From Spirochaetae bacterium HGW-Spirochaetae-1 (GTDB taxonomy: Bacteria; Spirochaetota; UBA4802; UBA5550): a stretch of 64,000 nt of DNA. The position numbers were made by a program, and so were the translations under genes. Shown piece by piece: positions 39,901-48,400 of this stretch (the stretch's first letter is position 1; each line of letters begins with the position of its first letter). The notes beneath the pieces were generated by a model, which searched no databases, was not told the origin of the DNA, and saw nothing but the letters and a program-made list of their open reading frames with translations. The stretch covers positions 106,764 through 170,763 of the forward strand of contig PGXY01000002.1 of the NCBI GenBank assembly GCA_002839375.1, in the 5' to 3' direction.

Positions 39901-42318
39901 GTAACCGTTAAAACCACTGATGAAAAAGGGAATCCTATTCGGGCCGACCTGTCCCTGGCAGCCGTTGATGAGGCTATTTACAGCATACGCTATGACCACA
40001 CGCCGAAGATGAAGGATTTCTTTTACACGAAAATATCCAACTGGGTTCTCACCAGCTATTCCTATCCCATCACCCTGCTCGCCGGTGCCGGCAAGGACGG
40101 CAAGGTAAAGGTACGCCAGAAATTCGACGATACGGCCTTCTGGAACGGAATAATACGGACCGACGAAAAGGGCATGGCCCTGGTGAGCTTCAAACTGCCC
40201 GATAATCTCACCACCTGGCGTCTCACGGCCCGGGGGCATGACAGAAAGGGGCGTGTCGGAGAAGAACTCAAGAAATTTCTCGTGACCCAGGACCTGATCG
40301 CGCGCCTGGGTAAACCCCGGTTCTTCATAGAAGGTGATGCCATATCGCTCCTGGGCATCGTCAACAGCAATACGCAGCGCGGTCTGGAACACATCAAAAC
40401 CGAAATGAAGGTCAATGACGCCACTGTGCGCCCTGATCAGGATATAAAAATGAGTCTTCCCGCCTTCGGCTCGGCCCGGAATATCTATTCCATTACCGTT
40501 CCGGAAAATAAAAAGGAACTCACGGTTCGCTTCGATGCCCTGGCCGATAAAGGAGCCGTAGATGCCCTGCAGATAGCCATCCCCGTGGAACGGCGCGGGG
40601 CCTCGTACAAGCTTTTCGGTTACGGCGATATGGCGGAAAACCGTAAAGTCGTACTGGTACCGGTTCAGAAGAGCGATGATTTTTATTTTGTTCCGGAAAA
40701 AATAATTCTCACGGTGAATCCCACGCCGCTGATCCAGATGATCAAGTCATCGGAATACCTGGTTAAATATCCCTATGGGTGTGTTGAACAGACCATCAAC
40801 AGCTTTATGCCCGTCATGGCCCTGCACCGGTTTCTGGAGAAACAGAGTGCCGCTCACCTTGTCGCTCAGAAGGATGTGGATACGGTCAATGCCAAAACTC
40901 ATGCCGGCGTCAAAAAACTGGGACAGTCGCAGAATGACGACGGCACATGGGGATGGTGGGCGGGAGACAGGGGCAATGCCTTCCTTACGGGGTATGCTCT
41001 CCAGTCTCTGTTTGCAGCCGGTAAATACGGCTATGCCGTGGACAATTCCGTGACGGTACGGGGCCTCCAGTCGGTGAAACGCATACTGCAGGATGATGAG
41101 ATCGAAGATGATGATGCACGGGCCTATCTGCTCTATACCTATGCCCTGTATGGCCTGTGGGACGCCCGGGCCTACGAAAAACTTTCCCGGCTGAGAAATC
41201 AAAACCCCTATCGCCTTGCCTTCATGGTCAGGGCCCTGGCGTCGAGAAAAGGAGGTCTTATTCTCGATGACAGTGATAAGAAGAAAAATGAAGATGTCTG
41301 GAATACGGATATGGCAAAATTCACGGGACTCCTGAAATCCATGGCCATGAGGGATGGAAAGGGAATATACTGGGAGAGCGCCGATGCCCAGCGTTGGGGG
41401 TGGCAGGGTGGACGTGTTGAAATAACCGCCCATGTTCTGTCTGCATTGGTAGCCGCCGGCGATTCCTCGCCGCTGCCGGGCCAGATGGTTCAATCAATCG
41501 CCAAGCGGAGCAGGGGCGAAGCCTGGAGCTCCACCAAGGAAACAGCCACGGTCATTTACAGTTTTGTGGATTTCCTTGAACAAAGCGGATCTACGGCCGG
41601 CGAACCACTGAATGTATCTTTTGCCATGAATGGAAACAGGATAGCCGATTTCAGGTACGACCCCTCGGAGAAAAAACCGGCCGATAGCCTGGTGAAAATC
41701 ATTCCCGTCAATTTGCCCGGTGATGGCGGTGATATCGCTATTGAGGTTGCGGGAACGGCAGGGAAGGATGCGGGATACGAGGTTACGGCCGCCGGTACCC
41801 TGTACTTTAAGCCGAAGGGCTTACTGTCGGCCTTCAGGTCTGAAGAGAGAAGCCTCGGCGCCCTCTCCAATGGTTTGGTCCTGCACCGGAGCTTTTCGTC
41901 GCTGACGCGCGTCAAGGACCTGCATTATCGGGAGTACCTGGTTCCCGGCAATCTCTCGGACAAAAAGGAAATACAGGTGGGCGACGAGATCCTGGTGAAA
42001 CTGCGGTTCCAGGCCCAGGACAATTTCGAGTATCTTGTTCTGGAGGACTATTTGCCATCAGGATTCGAGGTAGTGAAGGAATACGCCTACGATGAATACC
42101 GCCCCTTTGTCCGTGTTGAGCGCTGGGACAACCGCATGGTTTATTTCTTCAACAATGTTCAGAAGGGGGCGGTGTACGAAGTGGCCTTCATCGTTAGGGC
42201 CGAACTTCCCGGCAGTTTCATGGTGCGGCCCACGCGGATGGAGTGCATGTATGAGCCCTCGATCCAGGGATGGTCGGCTCCCATGGTAATAGAAGTGAAG
42301 GGCAAAAATTCCAAGTAA
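36907..42318 (+). CDS. Bacterial alpha-2-macroglobulin lipoprotein with N-terminal carboxypeptidase-regulatory-like repeats
   Basis: Lipobox LAC; IYTDRPVYRSGDTV, EQYRKPEY, VRQKFDDTAFW, PDNLTTW, thioester YPYGCVEQT, QNDDGTWGWW, EDYLPSGFE and MYEP. Confidence 0.93.
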   Translation: MNVGRFTMKHMGIKSFVLLMVSFMLACSSAGVKKLDDGRSVYSGGSLKEVSRDAVIEGHVYDRKTEKAVPGARVEIKNANMGIGYYLVETSGRGYYSIKDFIPHVQYIMEISAEGYVTYTSTGHINPGEQDIYLDPEAVLAGTITDSTGRPISGVEVKLQNSDYSDDGRENRPQFSTTGSDGKYRFIKLVQGSYSLAFSGSGYITETARLQRLKQGETFKLDMKMFRPASIAGTVMIKDLDVPAQNISVIATGRNNHSAVTYQDGTWRLDEMKPGTYELNVSHKGFYDLTKRKIVLNEGEEKKDVGFVVEAKRPEAQVYAYRYTFAPGNKLEFNLRTFRLESVTATVYRVPMAVFLKGKGEPDLMNPPAEGFAVVTKWEEPILNFEPFQWRYQNLSIKDPLASGGYCIEVKGAGKVISRKFFTVTSVGTVVKRSQNTVFVYATNLVDNGPEKDASVVIFDATEEIKAKKRAGQSFTAPQRIEDLPVSIVHQGKTNKDGIYRYGVKSGRYLSVLVISRDGSYAICNTGSPSTFQREKYKYFIYTDRPVYRSGDTVYYKIIGKERKELFIPIEGKNLFYKIINTDTDQAVRQGTIKLDEWGTAQGKITIEETFGLGTYEVRAGPTEKDLYASGIFYVEQYRKPEYAVEVTPSQEYFINGDELEFKVEAKYFFGAPVRGGLVRYRFYENKLNDADNQYWFDGESGDSGSYNRLRLDGEKYLDENGIASLKLFSGNFPYDREVTLEATVIDESNVSITSQKTIRVGRGEFYIKINPRQNFFASGDKKEVAIKTMTQTGKPISANVKVELYRYIWKPYQRVYVHESRPRFSERVTTNSKGEASIELPARFAESGEYDIITSSFDRRSNKIEASRIILVYNPSGGEVSSRFRNLELSVSDTVFEKPGEVTCLIKSRFSDAYVCVTLEGRDIYYSRVVKMTGNITPVTIPVREEYAPNFYINAVMQRKRALYTVSENISIPVKETTLKVSITPKKEVYLPGDTAEVTVKTTDEKGNPIRADLSLAAVDEAIYSIRYDHTPKMKDFFYTKISNWVLTSYSYPITLLAGAGKDGKVKVRQKFDDTAFWNGIIRTDEKGMALVSFKLPDNLTTWRLTARGHDRKGRVGEELKKFLVTQDLIARLGKPRFFIEGDAISLLGIVNSNTQRGLEHIKTEMKVNDATVRPDQDIKMSLPAFGSARNIYSITVPENKKELTVRFDALADKGAVDALQIAIPVERRGASYKLFGYGDMAENRKVVLVPVQKSDDFYFVPEKIILTVNPTPLIQMIKSSEYLVKYPYGCVEQTINSFMPVMALHRFLEKQSAAHLVAQKDVDTVNAKTHAGVKKLGQSQNDDGTWGWWAGDRGNAFLTGYALQSLFAAGKYGYAVDNSVTVRGLQSVKRILQDDEIEDDDARAYLLYTYALYGLWDARAYEKLSRLRNQNPYRLAFMVRALASRKGGLILDDSDKKKNEDVWNTDMAKFTGLLKSMAMRDGKGIYWESADAQRWGWQGGRVEITAHVLSALVAAGDSSPLPGQMVQSIAKRSRGEAWSSTKETATVIYSFVDFLEQSGSTAGEPLNVSFAMNGNRIADFRYDPSEKKPADSLVKIIPVNLPGDGGDIAIEVAGTAGKDAGYEVTAAGTLYFKPKGLLSAFRSEERSLGALSNGLVLHRSFSSLTRVKDLHYREYLVPGNLSDKKEIQVGDEILVKLRFQAQDNFEYLVLEDYLPSGFEVVKEYAYDEYRPFVRVERWDNRMVYFFNNVQKGAVYEVAFIVRAELPGSFMVRPTRMECMYEPSIQGWSAPMVIEVKGKNSK

Positions 42319-42472
42319 CCCAGGGCATTGCATGATATTTGAAAAAATCAAATATAACAGTTGACCGGCAATTGCGTAAGATGTTTCTTTGATTGTATGC
42401 AATTGCTCGGGACTGGGAGCCCGAAAAGTGTACGTATTTTTATACAGTTAATTAAATCCCGGAGACGGTTCA

Positions 42473-44038
42473 ATGAATACAACAAAAAGACTTAATACAT
42501 CACTGAATGAAGAGAAGGACGTAGACCTGTTTTCCAATGTCATGACTCAAAATAATATCAGGATGCTGAAGGCCTTCTCAAGTATCGTACTGCTGTCAAA
42601 TATTGCCACACTGGCGATAAAAATGACGGGGGCCTCTTCGAAATATCTCACCTATACAGGTATATTTGTCGAACTTTTTCTGATTACCTTCATCGTGTCC
42701 GTCTCGTTTCTGATCACCAAGAAATTGAAAAATGTCGTTCTTTCCAGCTATATATTCATGACCGGCATCATGTTGTCGATCTGGGTGTTTCAGTTCATTA
42801 TTTACGGAGCAACGGAACTTTTCGCCATCCATTACATTGCTATTGCCCTCAGTGTATTCTATTTTGATAAAAAAATCGTCATTTATACCCTGCTGCTGGT
42901 AATAATATCGCAGACCACCCTGCTTGTGATGAGACCGGAACTGAGGCCGGGCGGGCCTGCCAGCAACTTGCTTATCAGGTATCTTATTTATATATGGACC
43001 GGTATCGGTGCATCGGTGGGTGCCGGGGCCACGAAGGAACTTCTCAAGCTGGCCATAAACAAGCAAAATGAGGCGAAACAAAGCCTGGGTGATCTCAGGA
43101 AAATTGCGGCCGCCATGGTCGATTCCGTTGATGTGCTGCAATCACATACAAAAAGCCAGGAGTCCGTTACGGGTGAAATGGATTCAATTTCCCAGGATCA
43201 GGCAGCTTCCCTGGAGGAGATATCAGCCTTTCTGGAAGAGCTGGCTGCCAATTCCGAGTCGATTAACGATGTGGCCAAATCGTTATACCGTGACATAAGT
43301 CTCACCGTTGATTCGGTCCATGAATTCAAAGAAATAAATGATTCGGTTCTCGAGAATTCCAATGAAATCATTGAAACCCTGAAGGAAATATCCCTCTACT
43401 CAAAAAATAACGCCGATCATATCAAGCTGACAAAGGAAAAATCAGAGATATTAAAGAATAAAAGTACTGAGATGTCGAATTTTGTACAGGTCATCAATGA
43501 CATTGCCGATCAGGTGAATCTGCTTTCACTGAACGCGGCCATCGAAGCGGCCCGGGCCGGGGATTCAGGCCGGGGATTTGCCGTTGTGGCCGATGAGATT
43601 TCCAAACTCGCCGATGCCACGACCAACAACGCGAAAGAAATTAACAGGATAATAGTGGAAAACCAGAAGCAAATAGATGAAAGCACAAGGCTTATTGATG
43701 AATCGTCGATCATGACCGTCAAGCTCAATGAGGCTATTTTAAGGATACAGGACAAGGTAAAGGACGCCGGTAACAGGATGCGGATCATTGGAGATAAAAT
43801 TAAAGCCATACGGGAAATAAATTCCAATATCCATGAGGCGAGCTCATCCATTGAAAATTCAATTCAGCAGCAGGAAGCGGGCATAAGTGAATCGAGTGAT
43901 ACCATCTCCAGTATTGCAAAAGATGCTCAGAAAATTGTTAAAATATCCGGTTCAATCCTGATTGCCAATAACACGTTAAATGACATGTCAGCGCAAATGC
44001 AGATTCTTGCCAGGAGCATGGTACATGCACAGGAATAA
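42473..44038 (+). CDS. Methyl-accepting chemotaxis protein with multi-TM N-terminus
   Basis: [40 protein letters not shown]. Confidence 0.93.
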   Translation: MNTTKRLNTSLNEEKDVDLFSNVMTQNNIRMLKAFSSIVLLSNIATLAIKMTGASSKYLTYTGIFVELFLITFIVSVSFLITKKLKNVVLSSYIFMTGIMLSIWVFQFIIYGATELFAIHYIAIALSVFYFDKKIVIYTLLLVIISQTTLLVMRPELRPGGPASNLLIRYLIYIWTGIGASVGAGATKELLKLAINKQNEAKQSLGDLRKIAAAMVDSVDVLQSHTKSQESVTGEMDSISQDQAASLEEISAFLEELAANSESINDVAKSLYRDISLTVDSVHEFKEINDSVLENSNEIIETLKEISLYSKNNADHIKLTKEKSEILKNKSTEMSNFVQVINDIADQVNLLSLNAAIEAARAGDSGRGFAVVADEISKLADATTNNAKEINRIIVENQKQIDESTRLIDESSIMTVKLNEAILRIQDKVKDAGNRMRIIGDKIKAIREINSNIHEASSSIENSIQQQEAGISESSDTISSIAKDAQKIVKISGSILIANNTLNDMSAQMQILARSMVHAQE

Positions 44039-44096
44039 TTCTTCGTTCTCGTAAGCATAGTACAGGCTGGAATAACAATATGCCGCAGAATTAATG

Positions 44097-44125
44097 AAAA
44101 AGGCCGTCGCAGGGACGGCCTTTTC
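44097..44125. terminator. Bidirectional Rho-independent terminator
   Basis: aaaaggccgtc-gcagg-gacggcctttt, an 11-bp inverted repeat between convergent genes. Confidence 0.8.
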
Positions 44126-44174
44126 GGCTTGTATGTAGTTACATGTGTAAATTTCTCAACAGAAGCATTTTCAG

Positions 44175-44381
44175 TTACAACAGCTTTTCCTTTATAGCCA
44201 GTTCTCTTAATTCAACAGCCTGTCTCAGGTCCTTTCTCACAAGATCAGCGAAAGTGTGAGTCCGGGTACTCCTGAAAGCTTCAGTAACACTTTTAAAGAA
44301 AGCAACACTGTAAATGGCTGACTTCCTTTTCATGTTTCTTTCGGCAATTGCAAGCTCAGTAAGCAGTTGTTGTTCTGTCAT
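44175..44381 (-). CDS. Small orphan hypothetical protein
   Basis: 68 aa ORF with RBS AAGGAG upstream in an AT-rich stretch; no recognisable family. Confidence 0.5.
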   Translation of the reverse strand: MTEQQLLTELAIAERNMKRKSAIYSVAFFKSVTEAFRSTRTHTFADLVRKDLRQAVELRELAIKEKLL

Positions 44382-44649
44382 ATATTACTCCTTGATTAAG
44401 TTTGAGAAAATAGACATATTGTGTGCTTATTTAGAGAAAACAGTATGGTAGAACAGGTCTTGCGTGAGACACCTCCTTATCAAATTAATATGTATGTTAA
44501 TGATTTGGTGAAGGCAGGAAATTGCTGGAATCAAAATTGATTTAATCACCATGAACGTATTATAAAAATTATAATATAAAATAGCAAGCACAATTTTAGT
44601 TTTCTGGAAAAAAAATTAAACATAGTTTAATTAACGTCAACAATTACTT

Positions 44650-45162
44650 TTATTTGCTTCGTAAAGTTCTTATTTTTTTTCTCACTTCGTCGGGGAATGT
44701 GCTGGAAAATTTCATTTCCTGCGGCAATTCATCGTAAAATTCCACAGCCATTTTATTTACCGCCGGATAGGGGCTTGTCACTGCTGCCCTGATAGGACCA
44801 CCCATATAAGCTTTTGGGAGGTACTGTATTTTCTCCGCGGCGCGAATGGGCTCCCTGGGATCCGAATAGTTGAAAGAGTGGGACGGATCATGGGCGCCAA
44901 GAAAGAAATTTGAATTGAGAACCTCCATTATAGACCGGGCTGCGATGGTGTACAGACGCTTATAAATATCCCTCGTTTCCTTGTACTCCCTCAGTTCACA
45001 CGATACTGAATCGGTGGGAAGTTCAGGCAGCCTGTTCAGCCTGTCCAGGGTGTCCAGCTTGTCGTAAAGGTCTTCGCTTTCCAGCGCCTTGATTATAAGA
45101 AGCGCCATCCTTTTCATTTTAGCCAGTTCGGTGATAGTGTTTTGCAGTCTATTTGCGTTCAT
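44650..45162 (-). CDS. Orphan hypothetical protein
   Basis: 170 aa ORF filling an otherwise empty gap; no recognisable family. Confidence 0.55.
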   Translation of the reverse strand: MNANRLQNTITELAKMKRMALLIIKALESEDLYDKLDTLDRLNRLPELPTDSVSCELREYKETRDIYKRLYTIAARSIMEVLNSNFFLGAHDPSHSFNYSDPREPIRAAEKIQYLPKAYMGGPIRAAVTSPYPAVNKMAVEFYDELPQEMKFSSTFPDEVRKKIRTLRSK

Positions 45163-45439
45163 TGTTTATACCGTTGATATTATGATAGTATGTACGGATT
45201 ATCCTCTTTCTATTTTAAATAACCCAAATTTAAATCATAATAATATAATGCATGACGGCCATAAAGGCAAATAAAAAACAGGGAGAAATATGAAATTTTT
45301 ATCTCATCCCTGTTGCTATGAATAGTAAGTTTTTGAGTTCGGGATACTGCAGGGCTTTCAGTTAAATACTTGACTGCGGATTTTTACCGATTAATACTAA
45401 GGAAAGACTCACTGCAGTGAAAAAAATCTTCAAGATGAT

Positions 45440-48400
45440 ATGGTCTCCATGGATAAAAATGAAGATGTGTTTGCGGCTTTTCATCCCCTTGTGAAGGGCT
45501 GGTTCCTGTCACGGTATGGCAGTCCCACCGATGTTCAGAGCAGGGCCTGGCCCTTTATAGCCGCAGGAAATCACTGCCTCATCACGGCACCCACGGGAAG
45601 CGGAAAGACTCTTACGGCCTTTCTCTATGCCGTCAACCAGGTCATAACCGGTGTCTGGCCCCGGGGGAATGTGCGTGTTCTCTATGTGTCTCCGCTCAAG
45701 GCTCTCAATAATGATATCGGCCGGAATCTCATGGATCCCCTTGATGAAATATCCCGGGAATTCCGCAGCGCCGGATGTGCCTTCCCGGAAATCGGTGTTA
45801 TGACGCGAAGCGGTGACACTGCCCAGGATGAGCGAAGGCGCATGATGAGAAAACCGCCGGAGATTCTCATCACCACACCCGAAAGTCTTAATATCCTGCT
45901 CACTTCAAAAAAGGGAAGAGGCCTGTTTACGGGCATAGCCACGGTCATTCTCGATGAAATACATGCCCTGGCAGGAACAAAAAGGGGCACGCATCTCATG
46001 ACGGCCGTTGACCGCCTGGTCCCCTTGACCGGGGAGTTCCAACGAATTGCTCTATCGGCCACGGTAAAACCCCTGGGGCGGATCGCCGAATTTATCGGCG
46101 GGTACCGTGCCGTGGGGGATAGCCATTATGAAAAAAGGCCCGTGACCATAATCGAAGCGGCCAATGAGAAGAAATACCAGGTGCGTGTCTCTTTTCCCGG
46201 AGAGGCCCGGGGCTATATGAACGGCGATGCCTGGTGGCCCGCCCTGACCCGGGCCATCCGCGGTATTATCATGAGCAATGAATCGACACTGGTATTCTGC
46301 AATACCCGGCGGATGGTTGAGAAGGTGACGCGCTTCATTAATGAAAATGAAAAGAGTGAACTTGCCTATTCCCATCACGGCGCCCTGTCCAGGGAGATCC
46401 GGCTGGTTGTGGAGCAGCGGATGAAAAGGGGGGAACTGAAAGCAATTGCCGCGACCGGGACCCTTGAACTGGGTATCGATATTGGCAAATGCGATCAGGT
46501 GGTCCTGGTGCAGACACCAAACACCGTATCTTCGGCCCTTCAGAAGGTGGGACGGTCGGGCCATGGGATCGGGCGTGCAAGCCGCGGCACCTTCCTGCCC
46601 ATACACGGCAGGGATTTTATCAGCGCTGCCGTCATGGCCCGCGCAGTCATGGACGGTGATATAGAAAATGTGCGCCCCGTCGAAAATCCCCTCGACGTCC
46701 TTGCCCAGGTGCTGCTTTCCATGATTTCGGCTGAACAATGGGACGTGGATGATCTCTACGCCTTTTTTCTCACTACCTGGCCCTATCATAATCTTCAGCG
46801 GCGGCACTTTGACCTTGTCATGGCCATGCTGGAAGGCCGCTATGCCGGGGCCCGCGTGAAAGAATTGAAGCCCAGGATATCCCTGGACCGCATCGATAAT
46901 ACCGTATCGGCCGGGGAGGGGCTCCGCTATCATCTCTACCTTTCGGGAGGCACTATTCCCGACAGGGGCTATTTCAATCTCAGGGTAAAGGATACAAAGG
47001 CGAAGATCGGCGAGCTCGACGAAGAATTTGTCTGGGAACGTTCCGTCGGCGAGACATTCACCATGGGGACCCAGGCCTGGCGGATCGATGCCATAACGCA
47101 CAACGATGTGGAGGTAATCCCGGCCCGGTCGAAGCCGGGTATTATTCCCTTCTGGAAGGCCGATGAGGTCAACCATGATTTCCACTTCTCCGAAAAGACG
47201 GCCCTTTTCCTGGAGGAAGCCGAATCCAGGGTAGGGGAGGAATCCTGGATAGACCATCTCTCGGAGCATTATCATATGGATCAAAACGCCGCTCTTGAAC
47301 TGGCGGAATTCCTTCAGCTGCAGAAAAAAGTTACCGGCGCATCCCTGCCGCACCGGCACCACCTTGTTGTGGAATACTGCGAAGATCCCATGCACACATC
47401 GAAGGAGAGGCAGGTTGTTCTTCACACGCTCTGGGGCGGCGCTGTCAATACACCCTTCGCCATGGCCCTGGCTCAGGCCTGGGAGGAAGCGCACAATTAC
47501 CGCCTGGAGATTTTCAATGACAATAATGCCGTAATGCTGATCCTTCCCCACGAATTCAGCGCTGCACAATTATTTGAACTCGTTACGGCCGATACCCTGG
47601 AAAAGCTCCTGCACCGAAGGCTGGGAAAGAGCGGCCTGTTTGGCGCACGGTTCCGGGAAAACGCAGCCCGGGCCCTTCTGCTTCCCCGGAGCGGCTTTCA
47701 CCGGAGAATGCCCCTGTGGCTGAACCGGCTTAAATCTAAGCAGCTCCTCGATGCCGTGAGTAAATTCGAGGATTTTCCCATTCTCCTGGAAACCTGGCGT
47801 TCATGCCTGGATGATGAATTCGACATTGATAATCTGAAAATGCTCCTCGATGAAATCGGGCGTGGGGAAATACGCATAAGTGAGTCGCATACGATACAGG
47901 CCTCGCCTTTTGCATCGGGACTGGTGTGGCGTCAGACGAACAAATACATGTATGACGATGATACGCCCCTGACATCGGGCGGGTCCCGTTTCAGGGAGAG
48001 CCTGATCAGGGAAATATCCGCGGCCTCGCACCTGAGGCCCCTGGTACCGCAGAACATAGTCGATGAACTGACGGATAAACTGCAGCGTACGGCGCCGGGA
48101 TATTCCCCGGGAAATGCCAGGGAACTGGTGGACTGGGTAAAGGAACGGCTCCTTATTCCCCTGCATGAATGGGATAGACTGGTCCAGGCCATGACAAGGG
48201 ACCACGACATTGAAGGCGGGACCCTTTTGGAAGATATTGCATCAAGGATAATACGCGTAACACTGCCGGGCGGGGGGGAGATATCCGTCTGTGCCGTCGA
48301 ATCGGTGCCGGTTCTGGCAGAGGCCTTCAATTTTTCTCTTGATAACACGATTTTTAATGATGTTTTTACCGGGAAAGAATGTCGTGACGCAGTCACTGCT

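Noticed and set aside
42319-42472. c-di-GMP riboswitch upstream of the MCP
   Set aside because: Only a 5-bp tcggg/cccga stem is present; the conserved GEMM elements are not recognisable.
45340-45420. SOS (LexA) box upstream of lhr
   Set aside because: The best candidate is CTG-N9-CAG, not the CTG-N10-CAG spacing, and the LexA motif of this lineage is unknown to me.
44126-45439. Prophage or integrative element call for the AT-rich islet
   Set aside because: No integrase, att-like repeats or phage hallmark genes, so it is kept only as a low-GC islet.
46052-47569. 505-aa antisense ORF within lhr
   Set aside because: Shadow frame of a well-supported gene, with no recognisable motifs.
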